Source of the DNA: an uncultured virus (IMG/VR IMGVR_UViG_3300027861_004723)
Taxonomy: Duplodnaviria; Heunggongvirae; Uroviricota; Caudoviricetes
IMG/VR virus record: IMGVR_UViG_3300027861_004723
DNA: 64,000 nucleotides
Direction: 5' to 3' (one strand)
Below, piece by piece: positions 59,271 to 64,000 of the stretch. The first letter of the stretch is position 1. Every line of letters starts with the position of its first letter. The notes beneath the pieces are model-generated. The model searched no databases. It was given only the letters and a program-made list of their open reading frames with translations, and was not told the DNA's origin. Position numbers and translations under genes: made by a program.

Positions 59271-60296
59271 ATGAATTGGCCTTACTACCACCATAATCCT
59301 AGACTACTTACCTGCAGTAAATGCGGAGAGCCTTTCCATACTAAGCGAACTTGCACGCAAAGAAATGCTTCTCCTAGAAAAAAAGTTTTCTTCTATGTTC
59401 CAATACACCCAGAGCTAGCCAGGCAATTTCCTGACCGCAAGTATCCTCCGCATGTAACCCTACTTCATGTAGGAGATTTAACCAGAAAACAATGGAAAAA
59501 AGTGCTTGAGGTTGCAGATGAAATTTTAGCTAATACTAGCCCTTTTCAAATATCTCTAACTCATTATGATGAGTTTCCGACAAGAGGAGACGATAAATAC
59601 CCACATATGGTTGCTGAATCTACATCTCTAGAGGCATTACATCATGTTCTCAAAGATGCTATTAAAGAGCTTTATATAACAGTTAAGCATTATGGATTTA
59701 CGCCTCATGCAACTCTGACAAAGATACCAAAACGAAAAAAATATAGAGGCCCTACCCCCACAGGAAGCTGGATAGCAGACCAAGTCGTAGTCACGGGATT
59801 TGAGGATTATACGTATAGTCTAGAAGGCGAAGGCACTCCCCAGACCTGGGACGACACCCCCAAGAAAGCTATTATTATGAGAGGGGTTCCCGGGGCAGGA
59901 AAATCATATTACTTATCTGAGCATTATCCAGACGCTGCTGTAGCTAGCGCGGATGATTTTTTTACTAGACATGGGCGCTATAAGTATGTTCCAAAGCTTG
60001 CTTGGCTTGCTCACAAAACATGTTTTGAGAACTACGTTTCTTACTTAGACGCTAATTTACCTTTAGTGGCTGTTGATAATACCAATTTAACAAAATCCGA
60101 GATTAAAAAATATAGAGACGTAGCTATAGACCACGGGTATGAGCCGACTATTATTACTATTTTAGAATATCCCGACGAAGCCTATGACGCAGGAACACAT
60201 GGTGTTTCTTACGAAAAAATCATTGAGATGAATACAAAATTGCACAGAACCAAAATACCTAATGATTGGGATCATCAAATAATAGATTACACCTAA
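59271..60296 (+). CDS. 2H phosphoesterase (2'-5' RNA ligase-like) fused to a P-loop kinase (PNK/AAA_33-like)
   Basis: PHVTL and PHATL motifs; MRGVPGAGKS, SADDFF, VDNTN; N-terminal CSKCGEPFHTKRTC knuckle. Confidence 0.85.
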   Translation: MNWPYYHHNPRLLTCSKCGEPFHTKRTCTQRNASPRKKVFFYVPIHPELARQFPDRKYPPHVTLLHVGDLTRKQWKKVLEVADEILANTSPFQISLTHYDEFPTRGDDKYPHMVAESTSLEALHHVLKDAIKELYITVKHYGFTPHATLTKIPKRKKYRGPTPTGSWIADQVVVTGFEDYTYSLEGEGTPQTWDDTPKKAIIMRGVPGAGKSYYLSEHYPDAAVASADDFFTRHGRYKYVPKLAWLAHKTCFENYVSYLDANLPLVAVDNTNLTKSEIKKYRDVAIDHGYEPTIITILEYPDEAYDAGTHGVSYEKIIEMNTKLHRTKIPNDWDHQIIDYT

Positions 60297-60394
60297 ACCA
60301 GCTTGCAATACTAATTCTGCGGCCCAGAGCCGCCCACTATTGATTTTTACTGGGTTTAGGCTAAACTAAGATCTTCTAGAACCTGGGATTAAAA

Positions 60395-60694
60395 ATGAAT
60401 CTTGAAAATATTCAATGGGATAGTAATAAGGGAGTTCCGATTACTGATAACACCAAACTCCGATGGATCGAAGAGATGATTAAATTCCTCAAAGATAATC
60501 CAGACGAGATTTGGACTGGTATGAGTAGCGGAGATACTTATATTAAGGTTACGCGAGATGACACCTTTTATGATATCCAAGAATTCGAGCCGCGAAGATG
60601 GGCCATGCTCTCAAAAGATGACGATGATGTTTCCGCCTGCAGCTGCAGTATAGCGATCTTGAATAAAACAGGATGTCAATGCGGGGGGATATGA
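60395..60694 (+). CDS. Hypothetical protein with C-terminal CxC-x8-GCxCGG module
   Basis: Ends ACSCSIAILNKTGCQCGGI. Confidence 0.75.
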   Translation: MNLENIQWDSNKGVPITDNTKLRWIEEMIKFLKDNPDEIWTGMSSGDTYIKVTRDDTFYDIQEFEPRRWAMLSKDDDDVSACSCSIAILNKTGCQCGGI

Positions 60695-60701
60695 ACTGAG
60701 A

Positions 60702-61634
60702 CTAGCTGTTCAAAAAGGACTCTAGTCGGTATTCGACATTGTCGATGGGTAGGAACATCATGATTTCCAGGGCGGTATCAACTCGTGCGTCTACACCATG
60801 AGGCCAGCGATTTTCTAGCACGTACCAGGCGTGAGCTAGGGTGAACCCATGCGGCCAAAGATCTTTGCGTAGGTATTGTAAGATGTCAACGACTCCTTTT
60901 TCTAATCTCCCGCGCTTTGCTAGGTCCTTGAACTCTTTACGTATGTCGCCCCACTTCTCTGTCTTCTGTCGGTATTCCCAGAGCATAGTTCCGATAGTAC
61001 TACTAGGGAGATAGGGGTGCTCAGCTTTCCACTCGTCATGGAATTCTAGCCGGAGTTTCTTTACGCGAGGCCGTTTACGCGCAAGCTCCTCATGGATCTC
61101 TCCTTGATACTCACGCCAGGTGTCGAATGCTCCGAACACGGATTCAACATGCCGCATGAAATGCCGAAGATCACCTAGCCGCATTTTGTTTATGGTATCC
61201 CAGTGATCACCAGGATTTCTCCTATAATCCAATTGATCCATAGTGCGGATGCTTTCCGCTCCATCGTATTCTTCGATTGAAAAGGGCCCGGTAACTTCTA
61301 CAATATACAGACCTCTAAGACCTCCCAGGTAAGGACTATCCCCACCAGCTTCTTTTATAACTTGTATCATATTATGAATAGCCGGATGGCTTTCATCTAT
61401 ATCGTCCTCACGCTCTATGGCTTCAACGAGAGGAGGGAAATCCATCATAATTTTCCTGGTAATTGGATCATACGTCGTGGTAGTCCATCCGGACCCGAAA
61501 CCACCAGATATTAAAATTTTCCGTATGTCATCTTGACCTGTAGTTCTGGAAACCGCGACAGCTAGGCGATGAGCATTTTCATCCGTAGGTTCTATAACAT
61601 ATAACCTAACAAGACTTCTTATGTGTCTATCCAT
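60702..61634 (-). CDS. Two-module hypothetical protein split by YRRNP
   Basis: TAATG coupling; ILISGGFGSGWTT...YLGG...IEEYDGAESI module ends just before RRNP. Confidence 0.7.
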   Translation of the reverse strand: MDRHIRSLVRLYVIEPTDENAHRLAVAVSRTTGQDDIRKILISGGFGSGWTTTTYDPITRKIMMDFPPLVEAIEREDDIDESHPAIHNMIQVIKEAGGDSPYLGGLRGLYIVEVTGPFSIEEYDGAESIRTMDQLDYRRNPGDHWDTINKMRLGDLRHFMRHVESVFGAFDTWREYQGEIHEELARKRPRVKKLRLEFHDEWKAEHPYLPSSTIGTMLWEYRQKTEKWGDIRKEFKDLAKRGRLEKGVVDILQYLRKDLWPHGFTLAHAWYVLENRWPHGVDARVDTALEIMMFLPIDNVEYRLESFLNS

Positions 61635-64000
61635 TAAAACCTTCTCCTTCTTCTTCTATGTCTCCTACTGGAGGCTTTCTCTTCTTGTTCCTTGCGAACT
61701 TGTTCCTCAAGCTTACGAATTCGTCTCTCCTCCGCCAGACTGGCTTCATCTTCTAGTTCTCGATCTATCTTAGCTATTCGTTTATTTATATCGTGGAATT
61801 CTTGCTGGGTCAGGGGGCAAGAGGTTTCCTCGCCCGTATTTCCTACAGCCCTTACAACTTGGTTGTATATCTTTTTTTCGTAGTTATCCTTTGGATCATC
61901 AAGCTGAATAAAGACAAAATCCTTTTCTTCATTATTTCTTCTAAGGATTCTCCCCATTGCTTGGATATTTTTTGTTTTACTTCTATCCGCTGCTAGAGCT
62001 ATGCCTATCGAAGTATCCGGAACATCAATACCTTCTAGTAAAGCCTCAACACTTAGCATGCATCTTACACGACCCTTATTACTTGAAAATGATTCCATCA
62101 TCTTTCGTCTAAGCTGCGACGGCTGTTTAGAGTGGTAATTCCCAAAAGGGATCAAATACTCTTCATCTGTGTGGGAAGTAAAAGAGTAGTCATCACTCAT
62201 AAAAGGATAAGCAATAAACTCCCCGGCCATCCAATCATTAAAGAGAAGGGTATAAAGTATATTCATCGGTCTTACGCGTTTATGGAAGCATATTACCTTT
62301 TTGCCCTGAGATAACGCTTGTTTGATTAGGCAATAGGCACTAACTATGCGTGCTGGGTCCATCCAAGAATATTCTCTTTTAAGCGCTCTTTCCGCTAAGC
62401 TGCTATCATTATCAATTTCATGAAATATTGTTGGTGCAGTATATAACCAAGTTAGATTAAAATGAGAAATTGTTTGCATTGCCAAAGCCCGAGGTAGGTC
62501 ATATTTAGCAATAAGCGGGCCGCATTGCTCCTCTAGGATATCCCATCTCTTAGAAATCTCTTCTTTTTTTGATAAAGCATCATGATCATCCTCGTCTACG
62601 TCATTAGTGTTTGGTAGTGTCGCAGAGACGCCCAAGGTGTATTTGTGGTGATAGGTTGAGGGCTTCCCCTTTAGGCACGGATAATCTCTAGAGTGATCCC
62701 CTATCAGGACACCCAACACTCTCCTGCTAGACGCGGAAGTTGCACGATGGGCCTCATCCAAAATAAGGAAATTTTTAGCCACGCCCCGTTTTATGCTTAC
62801 CCGGCATTCTAGCTCATCAATAGCGGATGCGTAGGTCATAATTGCAATACTGCCAGGAGCTAAAATAGTTTTAGGATTTCTCTTTATAGGTGTGATCCTG
62901 CCAACTACTTTGCCTTCCGCCTCTGACCAGGAGGTTAGATCAGGATGATAGGATCTTATCTTGCTTTCTCCGAAAGTATATATCACTGAACGCGAGCCGA
63001 TATCCTCATCCCTTTTTAGGTTTTCCAACCACTGCCCCACTAGGGCATTAGTAGGAACCATAATGGTTACTGATATGCGCTTCTTCTCTTCGTAAAGAAG
63101 ATGCTTTATAGCACCAATGCATAACCTAGTCTTTCCCGCCCCTGTCACTGCCTCAACTAGACCTCTATATTTCGATCTAGTTGTAAGTTTTATCTTCCTA
63201 TTTTTCTTATTTCGAGCATAGGGAGTTATGCCCTTCCATCTATCTAGAACCCTAGCTTGCCATGCATACCGTAGCGAGCCGTCTTCTGCGTCCTCTACTT
63301 CTCTTTTCGTGAATAGGGAAAGTAAGCTACTTCTTGCTGAACCGGCAGGAGGCTCTACGGCGATTGGTATACCATCTGGCCCTCCTCGTATTATCTCAAT
63401 TTGATCAGGTTTAATACGAGAGCCTTTAGCTAGCTTCACCAATCCGAACCCACTAAGTAACTTAGCTCTATCCATCTTATAGCAACAATTTTTGAAAGGA
63501 ATTGACTTGTTGTCCGCATATCGAGAACCGCAGTCACAGATCAATACGCTGCCCCGCCCTACACCAGCACTAAGCAGGTCTTTTCTTCGTTCCGACCACT
63601 CAGATCTCTCCCTGGGCTTGTCCTTATTGCCTGATAGTGTCCAAGCATAGGCAAATCTCCTACGATTTTGCTGACTTTCATGGCTGAGACATTTATCTTC
63701 ATCCGTCAAACAATCCTGGCAGGCATCCTCTTCTGGGTAAGCCCAATAATCTGGTATAAATGGGATAGGATATCCTAAGCCGAGATCTGATTGTCTCTGG
63801 GGGCTTGCAAAATCCGATTCTGGGTGTGTTTCCCTTTTTTTATCTGCCCTGCAAGCCAACACCCTATCACACTTCTCTTTAGCTTTAGCCCTCTTGGCAC
63901 CTCTTCTAAGGGGCCTGTTTTTAAGAATACTAATACCATGGCAATCGCAGGAGTGTCTGCGCTTAATTTTCCTAAACTTGGCCTTCGGCTTAAATCGTCG
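61634..64000 (-). CDS. Superfamily 2 (DExH) helicase, 5'-partial; paralog of 12076..15120
   Basis: EAVTGAGKT, DEAH, GVSAT, LLEGIDVPD, IQAMGRILR; frame stays open from 63862 to the window edge. Confidence 0.9.
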   Translation of the reverse strand, partial: RRFKPKAKFRKIKRRHSCDCHGISILKNRPLRRGAKRAKAKEKCDRVLACRADKKRETHPESDFASPQRQSDLGLGYPIPFIPDYWAYPEEDACQDCLTDEDKCLSHESQQNRRRFAYAWTLSGNKDKPRERSEWSERRKDLLSAGVGRGSVLICDCGSRYADNKSIPFKNCCYKMDRAKLLSGFGLVKLAKGSRIKPDQIEIIRGGPDGIPIAVEPPAGSARSSLLSLFTKREVEDAEDGSLRYAWQARVLDRWKGITPYARNKKNRKIKLTTRSKYRGLVEAVTGAGKTRLCIGAIKHLLYEEKKRISVTIMVPTNALVGQWLENLKRDEDIGSRSVIYTFGESKIRSYHPDLTSWSEAEGKVVGRITPIKRNPKTILAPGSIAIMTYASAIDELECRVSIKRGVAKNFLILDEAHRATSASSRRVLGVLIGDHSRDYPCLKGKPSTYHHKYTLGVSATLPNTNDVDEDDHDALSKKEEISKRWDILEEQCGPLIAKYDLPRALAMQTISHFNLTWLYTAPTIFHEIDNDSSLAERALKREYSWMDPARIVSAYCLIKQALSQGKKVICFHKRVRPMNILYTLLFNDWMAGEFIAYPFMSDDYSFTSHTDEEYLIPFGNYHSKQPSQLRRKMMESFSSNKGRVRCMLSVEALLEGIDVPDTSIGIALAADRSKTKNIQAMGRILRRNNEEKDFVFIQLDDPKDNYEKKIYNQVVRAVGNTGEETSCPLTQQEFHDINKRIAKIDRELEDEASLAEERRIRKLEEQVRKEQEEKASSRRHRRRRRRF

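Overview
A 64-kb segment of what looks like a very large (jumbo/huge) bacteriophage genome, not a cellular chromosome. It is dense in small hypothetical ORFs, switches strand often, and has no rRNA, tRNA or CRISPR array that I can see. It carries isolated housekeeping-type genes outside their cellular operons (divergent EF-Tu, gyrB, gyrA, topA, cysQ), two paralogous SF2 helicases, a UvrD-like helicase, a GHKL ATPase, a 2H-phosphoesterase/kinase fusion, several secreted or lipoprotein enzymes, three VWA paralogs and a set of paralogous virion-fibre-like genes. The most striking signal is three short peptide motifs, each recurring on otherwise unrelated proteins: (1) a C-x-C-x4-[LI]-x3-G-C-x-C(GG) module on 6-7 small proteins; (2) basic R-R-N-P motifs at domain boundaries of large enzymes, often with Arg-rich tails; (3) an N-terminal RPG[FYIN][LF]..(W)FG leader on small basic or Pro-rich proteins. 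Together they suggest a possible undescribed tag-based protein sorting or processing system (inference). Other observations: more than 25 genes have a -10 hexamer exactly 6 nt before the start codon (leaderless mRNAs); a structural gene is broken by a ~200-bp internal inversion plus a 1-nt frameshift; two convergent genes are truncated at a shared junction near 21393; and one unannotated ORF has an in-frame UGA followed 11 nt later by a perfect hairpin. Functional calls rest on motifs recognised by eye; no database searches were run. Several start codons were moved from the ORF track using the promoter pattern.
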